Made by a program: the position numbers and the translations under genes. From assembly GCA_963669175.1 (NCBI GenBank), contig OY769902.1, positions 3,840,001-3,904,000 on the forward strand: 64,000 nucleotides of DNA. The letters are read 5' to 3'. The DNA is from a bacterium. Lineage in GTDB: Bacteria > Electryoneota > Electryoneia > Electryoneales > Electryoneaceae. Shown in pieces: positions 49,429 to 58,913 of this stretch. The notes beneath the pieces are model-generated. The model worked only from the letters and a program-made list of their open reading frames with translations. It made no database searches and had not been told where the DNA came from. The number at the start of each line of letters is the position of its first letter. The first letter of the stretch is position 1.

Positions 49429-50891
49429 CTCGGTTTTGCTCATTTTAGCGGATCAAGCGGCTTTGTGAATAAGGAATTTAAGGATATTGCTTTTCTTTTT
49501 TAAGAATCCGCGTGGCTGCTTGCATTCGGGAAAAATCGCCTGCATCCACAATTCAGCACGCAATGCCTGATGCACGTCTGAGAAACTGGGTTCCAGTTTT
49601 GTGTACCACTCTGTTTGCGCAACAGCTTTCTGCTCTGGCTGCTGACTATACCAAACAACCATCAGACTGAACAAGCCAAACAGCAGGGGCACTGTTCTTT
49701 GAATCGATTTTTTTGACCAGTTTTCTGTCGTTTCGATACGCAGATGTTTCCGTGACTCTTCAAACGTGGTTTCCAACGCCCATCGTCGTACATATGAGCT
49801 GACAACCTGGGCCGGGGTTAAGTCTGTTTTGGATGTAGATAAGACAATGTCCTTGTTTTTGCCGTCGGGATCACGCGCCACCACCCAGCGTATCAGGACA
49901 ACATCTTCCCCGGAACGATACCAGCAGCCAACACCGGAAAGCAGCAACAGGTCTTTTGTCTTGTTCCCATACCAGAGGCAAGACGCTTTTTCCCAGGCAG
50001 CATCCGGCTTTTTCGCCTCTTGTCCCGGTGCGGGCAAACGGTCACCGACTTTGCGCGGACGTCCACGTTTCCCGTTCGGTGGAGGCGGCGGATCATGCAG
50101 CACCGTATCCATACGCGAATGCCCGATGATAGCAAGACGGTTCTCTTTCGCCACGAAACGGTGAAGTTCGTGGGCATTCAACGTACCGTCGGCAAGAATC
50201 AGAAAACGGCGGTCCGGAAACCATCGAAGCAGCAGACGCACCCCGAGAATGATCAGGTGTACAGGACTGCGGTACTTCGATTCCGGAACACGCTTTTTGG
50301 CGATCTCCGGAAACACGAATACAGGAAGCGCCCAGATCTGCGAACGATAACGGGTGCGCAAACCAATCGAAATCACCATCCATTGAAGACCGCGAGCATA
50401 AACGACTTTTGTCCCTGCTTTGCCCGAACGGACGGGATCACGGTGAACGGATATCTGGTAAACATGCTTTCCCCAACGACGGATCAGGGTATCATCCACG
50501 ATCAGAAGGATCGGATCACGTTCGGCAATCTGATCAAGTATCAAAGAGCAGAGAATCTTTGCCAGTTTCAGGGCGGACCAGTTGGCAGACGAAAGAAAAT
50601 GGTGATAACAAGACCAACTCTTTTCAACCGGTCCGGGAAATACACGTAATAACTGACAGACTGTCTGACGACCGAAATTCAATACAGCGCCGATAGCCAA
50701 CAGTACAAAATTCTCATAAACAGGTTTCCGAAACACCGGACGAAAACTTGCAAGTAACTCAAAAAATGACGATGTTATGGCAGGCATGGTTATCTCCTTT
50801 ACAACCCTGAAAGACTTGGACATCTTCTTGGTTGTAAAATGAACCATGCCTTTTACTTTTTGCAAGACCTGAGTAATTCAACAAAACCGAG
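49429..50891 (-). mobile_element. IS701-type insertion sequence, 1463 bp, terminal IRs CTCGGTTTTG, flanking direct repeat AATATAA
   Basis: IRs 10/10 and 14/17 identical; AATATAA at 49422-49428 and 50892-50898. Confidence 0.85.
49453..50787 (-). CDS. IS701-family DDE transposase
   Basis: YHHFLSSANW, IVDDT, LADG, Y.RRW.LE..F.E.R.HL; SD AAGGAG before ATG 50787. Confidence 0.9.
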   Translation of the reverse strand: MPAITSSFFELLASFRPVFRKPVYENFVLLAIGAVLNFGRQTVCQLLRVFPGPVEKSWSCYHHFLSSANWSALKLAKILCSLILDQIAERDPILLIVDDTLIRRWGKHVYQISVHRDPVRSGKAGTKVVYARGLQWMVISIGLRTRYRSQIWALPVFVFPEIAKKRVPESKYRSPVHLIILGVRLLLRWFPDRRFLILADGTLNAHELHRFVAKENRLAIIGHSRMDTVLHDPPPPPNGKRGRPRKVGDRLPAPGQEAKKPDAAWEKASCLWYGNKTKDLLLLSGVGCWYRSGEDVVLIRWVVARDPDGKNKDIVLSTSKTDLTPAQVVSSYVRRWALETTFEESRKHLRIETTENWSKKSIQRTVPLLFGLFSLMVVWYSQQPEQKAVAQTEWYTKLEPSFSDVHQALRAELWMQAIFPECKQPRGFLKKKSNILKFLIHKAA

Positions 50892-51163
50892 AATATAAAA
50901 GAATCGTTAATTAGGAATCAGAAATGACAAGTTAGAAATCGACTAATAATTTATGATTTATGTTTTAGTCAAATAGAGCAGTACAACCGCCCGAGTGCAA
51001 GCACTCCGGGCCACGCGAATGTATCAGGCTTTCAGGCTTATCGGTTTCGCGGCAAACATAGGACAATTCTCCCGGCCAGGCATACGCCGGAAAACGTACA
51101 GGTGGCCGGGCTACTTAATACCTTCTTTACTTTTTGTTACTTTTTTTACCTTTTTCACTTCTT

Positions 51164-53764
51164 TCACTGCCCACTTTTTTCACTTATATCGTACAACTTC
51201 CGTCCCAGCGCGCTGATTTTCCGCCAGTGATCTCGAATCCGGTCAGCATCCGATTGCAGAATCCACGCGATCTCGCGTCCGGCCTCCCCTTTCAGGTTCA
51301 GCTCATTGCGGCTACGTTTCCCCGCCAGGATCATCCGCATCTCCCATTCACGCAAAATTCCATACCCTTCCTGCGCATCTCGCCAACCTGCATCACCTGT
51401 AAGATCAGCAAGATGATCAAACCTGTCCGATAGTGATGGTTGCCATAGCTCAAAAGGTATCCCTTGCTTCCAGTAGGCAAAAACAGTGGCGAATTCAAAA
51501 TCCATCATACCACCGCGTCCCTTTTTGATTGCGAGACGATCAGGGTTGGGACGTGCGCTCGCAGCCGCACGTTTCCTCGCATTGTGAATCACCTTCCAGC
51601 CTTCAGCGGCAGGTGGTGTTTCAACAAAAGATGCAAACATCGATGTCGTTTTGTCAGCAAGATCTCGATTCGTCCCGATCACTCGCGCCCGTGACCACGC
51701 CAGCTTTTCCCAGGCAGACGCTCGCGTTTGTATATAGTCTTGCAACCGGTCAATCGTGACAACCATAGGCGATCCCGACCCCTCCGGCCGGAGACGGGGG
51801 TCCATCAGGAGTTTCCCGTTCAACGAGATGGTTTCCATCCAGCGAGCGACAATAGTCTGAAGCTCTGCAAGTTCAGTGGTATCTTTTATGGTTGTAACCG
51901 GGATAACATCCAGATCACCGTAAGGGGCCAGCTCATTCCCGCCCCACTTTCCCAACGCAACCAGCGCCAGGGAATCCAGCGGCAATTCGCGGCTGCTCTT
52001 CATGGCAGACAGGACAGCATGATCAACCTGACCTGTCCATATCCGCGTACACTCCTGCACGTCCACATGACCATTCAAGAAAGCGCCGCCAATGCGGAAC
52101 AGTATCTCGCTGAGCTGACGATCTGTTTCTTTCAGGGAAACACTATCGACCTGTTTCGCTGCCGGTTCTGGCAGGCCATGTCCATAACGTCCCCAGAATC
52201 CCGGGAAATTCTGAGCCTCTTCACACAACAAAGCGCCACGAACGATCAGCCCTGTTATTTCTCTATATAATTTCCTATTACCAACGACTCCTTCAAGCCA
52301 TACTTTAGGTCCGCCAACAGCGGATACAGCACTCTCCAGCCTGGTTATTACTGTTTCCGGCGATGGTGCAGATTCGATCATTGCCATATCAATAAGCTGA
52401 CCGACTTCTCCCCACGGTCCTGACAATCTGCGTGCCAGGGAAGACAGTCGTCCCGATGCGGACGATGCTTCTTTTTCACCTTGCGGATCACTCCAGCCTG
52501 AAGCTATCACCGCCCCCAATACCAACTCCCCGAAAACGATCTGGTTGATTAGTTCTCGCTTATCTGATAGTCTTTGCATCAGCTCTTCTTCGCTGACTCC
52601 CAGTCCCCAGGCCAGTTTGATGGCAGCGGGAGTGCCAAGGGCGGGAAATGTGAATACAGGACGGTCACCATCAGCCTGCAATGCATTTTCAATCGTTCTT
52701 AGCAAACGGTAGCCGTCAGAAAGAACGATCACCTTTTCTTTTTCCAGTATACCTTCATCAGCAAGTATATCAAGCAATTGAAGCACGGTGCCTTTGCGCA
52801 ATCTCTTAATCTGACGTCCGAAAGCCAACTGGAATCCGGCGACAAGGAACTCCACGTCACGAATTCCGCCGGGGGCTCGTTTGATATCTGTTGGAGATGC
52901 GTTCTGATGAATGGCGAACAGCATCCCGGCAGTTTCCTCAAGGCGCTTGTGTGGGTCCGTTCCAGGCGGGAAAAGGAAACTGTTCAACAGGCTTTCAAAC
53001 CAGTCCGGCGCATCACCATGAACCAGGCGAGCTCTCAGGTAAGCGATCCGTTCCCATGGCGCCGCGCGTCGCATCAGGTATTCTTCCAGCTTTGCATAGC
53101 GGAACACCAGTGGACCATTGTCCCCTTCCGGGCGCAGGCGAAGATCGACACGATATACTTCCGGTTCACCAGGCGGGACAAAGCGTTTCAGCCATTCACG
53201 GACAGATTTGTCCGCCTCTTCCGGTTCAAGAGCATCTGTTCGAAATAGTATGGGATCAATATCACTGGAAGCATTCAGCTCGTTGCCTCCCCATTTCCCC
53301 ATAGCCCAGAGCCCCAGTCCTTCCGGGAACGGATCAAACGCTTTCAGGCACACATCATCGGCAAGTTCAGACAAATCCGCCAGTGTGTGTTCCAGCGGTA
53401 CAAGGTTCATACGATCGCGGAGAAGGATTTTCAGCCAGATGTGACGTTTATACCGTCCTATGCGGGGTAACGGCGATGGGTTATCCTGGAACGGCCGGTC
53501 TATCCAGCCTTTTTGAAAAAACGGTGTGGCAAGTTCAGGATAGCGAATAACCTCATCTACAGGCGCTTCACCCAGTCCAAGAAGATGCTTGAGGATATCA
53601 ATACCGAATGGGTCCAGGTACTGAAGCACTCGTGTTACGATAGGAAGCGCCTGACGCAACCGTATAAATCGGGCATCGAGTGTTTCACGGTGTCCGTTCC
53701 GGGCAACCAGATCGTTGAAACGATCCAGTATCAGTATATCCTGGTTTGTATTCAGCACAATCAA
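51164..53764 (-). CDS. glnE: GlnE-like glutamine synthetase adenylyltransferase/deadenylylase
   Basis: Two nucleotidyltransferase repeats: MGKWGGNELN.SSDID...DLRLRPEG..G and LGKWGGNEL...GDLD...DPRLRPEG.G. Confidence 0.85.
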   Translation of the reverse strand: MIVLNTNQDILILDRFNDLVARNGHRETLDARFIRLRQALPIVTRVLQYLDPFGIDILKHLLGLGEAPVDEVIRYPELATPFFQKGWIDRPFQDNPSPLPRIGRYKRHIWLKILLRDRMNLVPLEHTLADLSELADDVCLKAFDPFPEGLGLWAMGKWGGNELNASSDIDPILFRTDALEPEEADKSVREWLKRFVPPGEPEVYRVDLRLRPEGDNGPLVFRYAKLEEYLMRRAAPWERIAYLRARLVHGDAPDWFESLLNSFLFPPGTDPHKRLEETAGMLFAIHQNASPTDIKRAPGGIRDVEFLVAGFQLAFGRQIKRLRKGTVLQLLDILADEGILEKEKVIVLSDGYRLLRTIENALQADGDRPVFTFPALGTPAAIKLAWGLGVSEEELMQRLSDKRELINQIVFGELVLGAVIASGWSDPQGEKEASSASGRLSSLARRLSGPWGEVGQLIDMAMIESAPSPETVITRLESAVSAVGGPKVWLEGVVGNRKLYREITGLIVRGALLCEEAQNFPGFWGRYGHGLPEPAAKQVDSVSLKETDRQLSEILFRIGGAFLNGHVDVQECTRIWTGQVDHAVLSAMKSSRELPLDSLALVALGKWGGNELAPYGDLDVIPVTTIKDTTELAELQTIVARWMETISLNGKLLMDPRLRPEGSGSPMVVTIDRLQDYIQTRASAWEKLAWSRARVIGTNRDLADKTTSMFASFVETPPAAEGWKVIHNARKRAAASARPNPDRLAIKKGRGGMMDFEFATVFAYWKQGIPFELWQPSLSDRFDHLADLTGDAGWRDAQEGYGILREWEMRMILAGKRSRNELNLKGEAGREIAWILQSDADRIRDHWRKISALGRKLYDISEKSGQ

Positions 53765-53889
53765 AAGTAGGGATGGAAAGCGTTAACATCAATAAAAATC
53801 TTTTCACTCATTCGGCGAATCAGTTGAGTTGTTAAAATTCTGTAAGTACATTCGAATCCGTTTAGTGCTTACCGGGGATGGAGGCAAAG

Positions 53890-56568
53890 ATGACACGGAC
53901 AAGAGCAACGCACTTCGCGCTCTTCTTGTTACTACTGGTTACAGGATACTCTGTTTCATTTGCAACACCGCATGTTTCTCCTGAAGAACTTGACCAGCAA
54001 TTACAGGCTCACCCGCGCTCCTTTTCACCTGAACATACTCCGCTGTTCTACACAAACGAACTCAACGAACTGGATGAATACGAATACGTCCTGCGCATGG
54101 TTGAAGCGCTGGATTTCATGGCTTCTCTCCAGGTAACTGACCAGGGCGCTGATTTCGGCGGCATGATGGAGGGTGAACAGGATCTGGATATCATCCAGAC
54201 GGACAACACGCAGGAGGCGTTGCGGGACTGGTCTTATTTCGGACGTTTATCCGGTGACACAACTCGTTATCGTGATAATATTGATGCGGCCTGGGAATAC
54301 ATCCTGAATTTCCCGGCTTATGATGAAGAGGGTGATGTTAATCCGTACTACTATCGTGTACACAACTGCGGCTGGGGTTTGATGGCAACCATGGAATACA
54401 TGGAGACCTATGGTGACTCTACCTACCTTTGGTATGGCGATAGTTGCGCCAGTTATATCGACACCTACCGTCTCCCCATCAACGGCAACGCCATCAATCC
54501 CCTGGCTGCCGGTTATGGCGCCGGTACTCTGTATATCTACGGTGTCTGGCGTCAAAACCAGGATTGGATTGACGCAGCCCAGGAAATCGCTACGGATGTA
54601 CAAGGCTGGATCGAGGCCGACCCTTCGCGTCTGCACAACTATGAAACCTGGGCCATGTCCGCCGGAACAGCCATGTGGGGTGTGGTGACAGCCCTGTATC
54701 GTGATGATCATGAAGCTGGCGCTGAATGGATTCCCCAGTTTGTGGATTCTCTGGATGTCTATTCCGGCGTGGGAAACTGGAACAACTCCTGGACTGTCTG
54801 GTATGGTCACGCCTGGACTGCTATCCACAGCATTCTGGATGATCCTCAGAGTCTCGCCAACGCGCATGAAGTCGTCGATTTCCTGCTGGACCAGGATGAG
54901 CCGGACCGTGATGGCGGTATCCCGGCAACGGAAGGGATTCATCAAAACGATCAGTCCTGGACAACGGCTTACATGGTCTGGTACACCATGGAACCGATCA
55001 TTGCGGAAACCAACCCGCAGTATGATGCGACCCTGCTGAGTCTCGACAACCATGATCCAGACTGGCCCTTGTTCCAGGACGATACTTTCAACTTCGACCT
55101 GACCATCGGCAATTCAGGCCTGTATCCCCTGGACAGCATCATCGTTCAAATGCAGTACGGTCCGTTTACATTCGCAGATACTGTTGATCTTGAGTTTGGG
55201 CAATATGGCACAGTTCACCTTGAACCGGGCTGGATGCCAGACGAAACAAGTGATGTTGAGCTCGAATTTACTCTGATCCATCCTGACGACGGCAATCCGG
55301 CAAACAACACGCTGAATGTCACTTACAATGTGCTTCCCGTTGAAAGAGTAGCAGGAATGATCTATGACCCGGACTCGACCGATGGAGTACTGAGTCGGCT
55401 TGACGCTTACCTGTACTGGAATGAATCGGATTCGCTGTACAGAAGTATCGAAAACGATACGACCGGTGAATTTTCCGGTATGCTGGGCAGGGGTACATAC
55501 AGGCTGGAATTTGTTCCCCTCGCCCCCCCATATACTCCACGGGTTATTGACAGCCTGGAGATCAATGAAGGTGGCGTTGATGATATCGAAATCGAATTGA
55601 CACGTGCACCGCTGTTACTGGTTCTGGAAGATGGTAATGGTGATTATGAACGCTATTATACGGAAGTCCTTGATTCGCTTGACATTGACACCTATATCTG
55701 GAAATCCTACGAATATGGTATCCCGGATGATACGATTAAATATTTCCATTCCGTAATCTGGTCCTGTGGTGACCTGGATGACCATATCCTTGCCATGAGT
55801 AACTGGAGTGAAATCAATTCATTCCTTCAGGAAGGCGGATCTATCCTGCTCACAGGACAGAACATCCAGGATAAGTGGCATGGATTCTCAATCCTGCGCA
55901 ACGGCTTCCGTGTCGATGAAGGCACACTGGGCATTACCGGCGACCCAAGCCTCCGGATTCTCCATGGAGTGGATGGTGATACGGTCGTTTATAATGACAG
56001 CCTGATCATCTTCGGTATCAATGGCGGGGCAAACAACCAGGTAGCTCCTGATGAAGCCGTACCGGCAGATAACGAAGCCATGCCTATCCTGTACTATGGG
56101 CATTCTGATTCTGTCGCTGCTGTCGCTTTCCAACATCCTGAGATTGGATATCATACCGTCTTTTGCGGGTTTGGTGTGGAGGCTATCAATAGTCAACCGC
56201 CGGATGGCTACATCACTCGTGTCGATTTCCTGCGCCGGGTTCTGGCATGGTTTGAATTGATTGACGATACCGTGAATGTTCAAGAGCCAGGGTCTACTCT
56301 TCTCCCCACAGAACTGGCGCTGAAAACATGGCCCAACCCGTTTAACCATGTGCTTCGCCTTGAAGTCGCGCTTCCCATGAAAAGTGAAGTGGAGATCAAA
56401 GTGTTTGATATCCTCGGGCGTGAAGTGGCGGCATGGGAACCGAGAACCATGTCAACCGGATTGCATCGATTTACCTGGAACGCTACAAACCTGGCCAGCG
56501 GAACCTATTTTGTCCGGATTCGCACACAAAACCAGCAACTGGTCAAGAAGGCATTGCTGCTGAAATAG
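53890..56568 (+). CDS. Secreted protein with predicted alpha-helical (toroid-like) N-terminal domain, Ig-like modules and T9SS-type C-terminal domain
   Basis: Signal peptide; Trp/Tyr-rich helical region; WPNPFN...GTYFVR...KKALLLK. Confidence 0.8.
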   Translation: MTRTRATHFALFLLLLVTGYSVSFATPHVSPEELDQQLQAHPRSFSPEHTPLFYTNELNELDEYEYVLRMVEALDFMASLQVTDQGADFGGMMEGEQDLDIIQTDNTQEALRDWSYFGRLSGDTTRYRDNIDAAWEYILNFPAYDEEGDVNPYYYRVHNCGWGLMATMEYMETYGDSTYLWYGDSCASYIDTYRLPINGNAINPLAAGYGAGTLYIYGVWRQNQDWIDAAQEIATDVQGWIEADPSRLHNYETWAMSAGTAMWGVVTALYRDDHEAGAEWIPQFVDSLDVYSGVGNWNNSWTVWYGHAWTAIHSILDDPQSLANAHEVVDFLLDQDEPDRDGGIPATEGIHQNDQSWTTAYMVWYTMEPIIAETNPQYDATLLSLDNHDPDWPLFQDDTFNFDLTIGNSGLYPLDSIIVQMQYGPFTFADTVDLEFGQYGTVHLEPGWMPDETSDVELEFTLIHPDDGNPANNTLNVTYNVLPVERVAGMIYDPDSTDGVLSRLDAYLYWNESDSLYRSIENDTTGEFSGMLGRGTYRLEFVPLAPPYTPRVIDSLEINEGGVDDIEIELTRAPLLLVLEDGNGDYERYYTEVLDSLDIDTYIWKSYEYGIPDDTIKYFHSVIWSCGDLDDHILAMSNWSEINSFLQEGGSILLTGQNIQDKWHGFSILRNGFRVDEGTLGITGDPSLRILHGVDGDTVVYNDSLIIFGINGGANNQVAPDEAVPADNEAMPILYYGHSDSVAAVAFQHPEIGYHTVFCGFGVEAINSQPPDGYITRVDFLRRVLAWFELIDDTVNVQEPGSTLLPTELALKTWPNPFNHVLRLEVALPMKSEVEIKVFDILGREVAAWEPRTMSTGLHRFTWNATNLASGTYFVRIRTQNQQLVKKALLLK

Positions 56569-56623
56569 GAATCCAGGTACAATTCCTGTCTGCCCGGTGA
56601 AGCTCACGATAGATTGAATAGCG

Positions 56624-57592
56624 ATGCAAAAACCGTATTCAGTGCAAAAGATGATGGCCGGGATGATTGATTATACCGGTCCATTCTCACCTGATAAGCT
56701 CACGTTGAAGACGGCGTTGCATACCTTCTCCGCATGCCGGTTTCGACCGGATGTCTGGATGCTTTCCCGGTTTATTGTTCCTGTAGCGATGCTGAACAGA
56801 TTGCCGGAATTCAGAGACGATGTTTTCGCGGCCTTTCCCCCGTTTCCCCTTGGTGTGTCGGGCAAACATGCGGAAGACGAATCGCATTTCGTCCAAACGA
56901 TAGAAGATGATCTCCAGACCATAGAAAAATTGCATAACACTCTGCCGGGATGGGTGCGTGTGGATGTTCTGGAAACAGGCTTGCCCGCTGCACTTTTCAC
57001 TGGGGAACAGAACTACACGGATATCATTGCGGAACTTTCAGCACTGCTTGAAGACAACGGTCCACGGTATTTCTCGCCGTTCCTGGAAATCCCCTGGGCA
57101 GACGGATGGAATGATAATCGGGACACCTTTATCAAAACGCTGGCAAAGCAGAACAGAAGTACAGAGATCACTGTGGGGATCAAGGTCAGTACCGGAGGCG
57201 CCACGCCTGAAGCGTTTCCCGGTACAGATGTTCTGGCGCATATCATCGGTATCTGTCGCGATCACAACATCCCATTGAAAATGACAGGCGGCCTCCTGCA
57301 TCCTTTCCGTCATCATGATGAATCTATGAATACAGACATGCACGGTTTCATCAATGTTATCACGGCTGTCACCCTGGCGAGAACAGCTTTCCTGGAATAT
57401 ACTGACATCGAGACTATCCTGAAGGATCAGAACGCCGACCACTTCATCCTCAATGATGAAGGCATAGCCTATGGCGATTGGTCCGCCAGCACGGATGATA
57501 TTAGCCTGGCACGTCAGCAGGGACTGGTTTCAATCGGGATAGAAGACCTTCATCTCGCAATAGACAGCCTACGTAAATCGAAACTGCTATAA
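56624..57592 (+). CDS. Hypothetical protein (IDY.G.F.P / K.T.GL.HP motifs)
   Basis: GMIDYTGPFSP, GIKV.TGG..PEAFP, KMTGGLLHP, HGFIN. Confidence 0.75.
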   Translation: MQKPYSVQKMMAGMIDYTGPFSPDKLTLKTALHTFSACRFRPDVWMLSRFIVPVAMLNRLPEFRDDVFAAFPPFPLGVSGKHAEDESHFVQTIEDDLQTIEKLHNTLPGWVRVDVLETGLPAALFTGEQNYTDIIAELSALLEDNGPRYFSPFLEIPWADGWNDNRDTFIKTLAKQNRSTEITVGIKVSTGGATPEAFPGTDVLAHIIGICRDHNIPLKMTGGLLHPFRHHDESMNTDMHGFINVITAVTLARTAFLEYTDIETILKDQNADHFILNDEGIAYGDWSASTDDISLARQQGLVSIGIEDLHLAIDSLRKSKLL

Positions 57593-57737
57593 TCTTGACA
57601 TTAGCGAAAGCAAAAGGGAGCACAGTTATGCTAATGGACCGATTCACAAGAAGTTCCTGAAAGTCATTGCCGTTTCAGGTTGACGGTAGATTCATTCTGG
57701 CGCTGACCATCTGTCTTGTCTAGAGTACGCTTCTTCT

Positions 57738-57880
57738 TGGCTGACCGCTTTCGGAAACATATTTATCGATTCTTTCTGGCGGACCACTTTCGGAAACATA
57801 TTTATCGATTCTTTCTGGCGGACCACTTTCGGAAACATATTTATCGATTCTTTCTGGCGGACCACTTTCGGAAACATATT
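57738..57880. repeat. 39-bp tandem repeat, ~3.7 copies
   Basis: TCGGAAACAT recurs at 57751, 57790, 57829, 57868. Confidence 0.92.
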
Positions 57881-57931
57881 CATTTGTTTTAGCAGGCTTT
57901 AGCCTGCTCCTCTTAGCCCCCGGCTTCAGCC

Positions 57932-58327
57932 CTGTCTCTTACCCACATCTTCTGAAAGCTGTATCAGTAAAAGAGTTGTGGACATAGCATTTTTAGAATC
58001 CCGGCGGGATTCCCTATTTTAGCATAGTGTACAGGCCGTCTGTTTGGCCTGTACACTATGTCAGGTATTCTAACGAATAATCAACCCTGGAAGGGTTGCA
58101 TAATACGCGATTCATATTAGTACGTTCAATAAATACAGGAAATAACGCATTTTATATTCTATACAAACCAATTGGGTGTAAATTATACGTTATGCAACCC
58201 TTCCAGGGTTGAGATAAGGTTTGATCTTTTTCGTAGGGTAGACGCTAAACAGATAGCGTCAACCCTACGCTAAAATATACCACCCCCTCTGGGGTGGCAG
58301 AAACACGAAGATGTGAGCAAGAGACAG
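57932..58327. mobile_element. MITE with 19-bp IS50/Tn5-like ends and 10-bp target duplication GGCTTCAGCC
   Basis: Left CTGTCTCTTACCCACATCT; right (rc) CTGTCTCTTGCTCACATCT; GGCTTCAGCC at 57922-57931 and 58328-58337; no transposase ORF. Confidence 0.85.
57996..58297. repeat. Six-hairpin element (CGTCTGTTTG-loop family), copy 2, inside the MITE
   Basis: Same architecture as 30006-30256; 23-bp inner IR TCAACCCTGGAAGGGTTGCATAA. Confidence 0.75.
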
Positions 58328-58529
58328 GGCTTCAGCCGGGGGGGACTGGGGCACAACGATATCGAGCGCCCTTCAGGGTGCTTTCCTGATTTGAAATAGT
58401 TTTATCACGAGAAAGCACGCTAAAGCGCGCTCATCGTTTTTGTTAAATCCATCCACCCGGCTGAAGCCGGGTGCTAAGAGGAGCCTGCTGAAGCAGGCTA
58501 ATTTTTTTCGAATCAGCAAATACTTTCGT

Positions 58530-58753
58530 GGACTACGAGATTCCCCCACTGTCCTTTGATTGTTCTACTAAACAGGGGAACTACGAGATTCCCCCACTGT
58601 CCTTTGGTTGTTTTACTAAACAGGGGGACTACGAGATTCCCCCACTGTCCTTTGGTTGTTCTACTAAACAGGGGAACTACGAGATTCCCCCACTGTCCTT
58701 TGGTTGTTCTACTATACAGGGGGACTACGAGATTCCCCCACTGTCCATTGGTT
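58530..58753. repeat. 48-bp tandem repeat, ~4.6 copies
   Basis: ACTACGAG recurs at 58532, 58580, 58628, 58676, 58724. Confidence 0.92.
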
Positions 58754-58913
58754 ATACCTCTGCACAGAAGGTCTCACAGTGAATTGTAACCACAAGATAT
58801 TCTTACTATTTACAGCCCTCCGGTTCTATATTTCCGCCTCTGCTCCAATATGTTTCTGCATAAAACGGTCGTACCTTTTTCGTCCTGATATAGTCACAGA
58901 AAAGGTGTCATCC

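Larger units (their letters stand above)
57890..58500. repeat. Symmetric six-hairpin REP-like element (GGCTTCAGCC family) interrupted by a MITE
   Basis: TAGCAGGC..GCCTGCTCCTCTTAGC at the left end mirrored by GCTAAGAGGAGCCTGCTGAAGCAGGCTA at the right end. Confidence 0.75.

Noticed and set aside
50985-51115. Possible ncRNA or c-di-GMP riboswitch in GC-rich hairpins
   Set aside because: Only generic stems; riboswitch consensus incomplete; may be the glnE terminator region.
57932-57950. Nextera adapter contamination
   Set aside because: Both ends differ from the mosaic end and from each other, and they are flanked by a coherent 10-bp duplication inside a split palindrome.
57738-58753. CRISPR array
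   Set aside because: The 39-bp and 48-bp repeats are head-to-tail with no unique spacers, and no cas genes are in the window.
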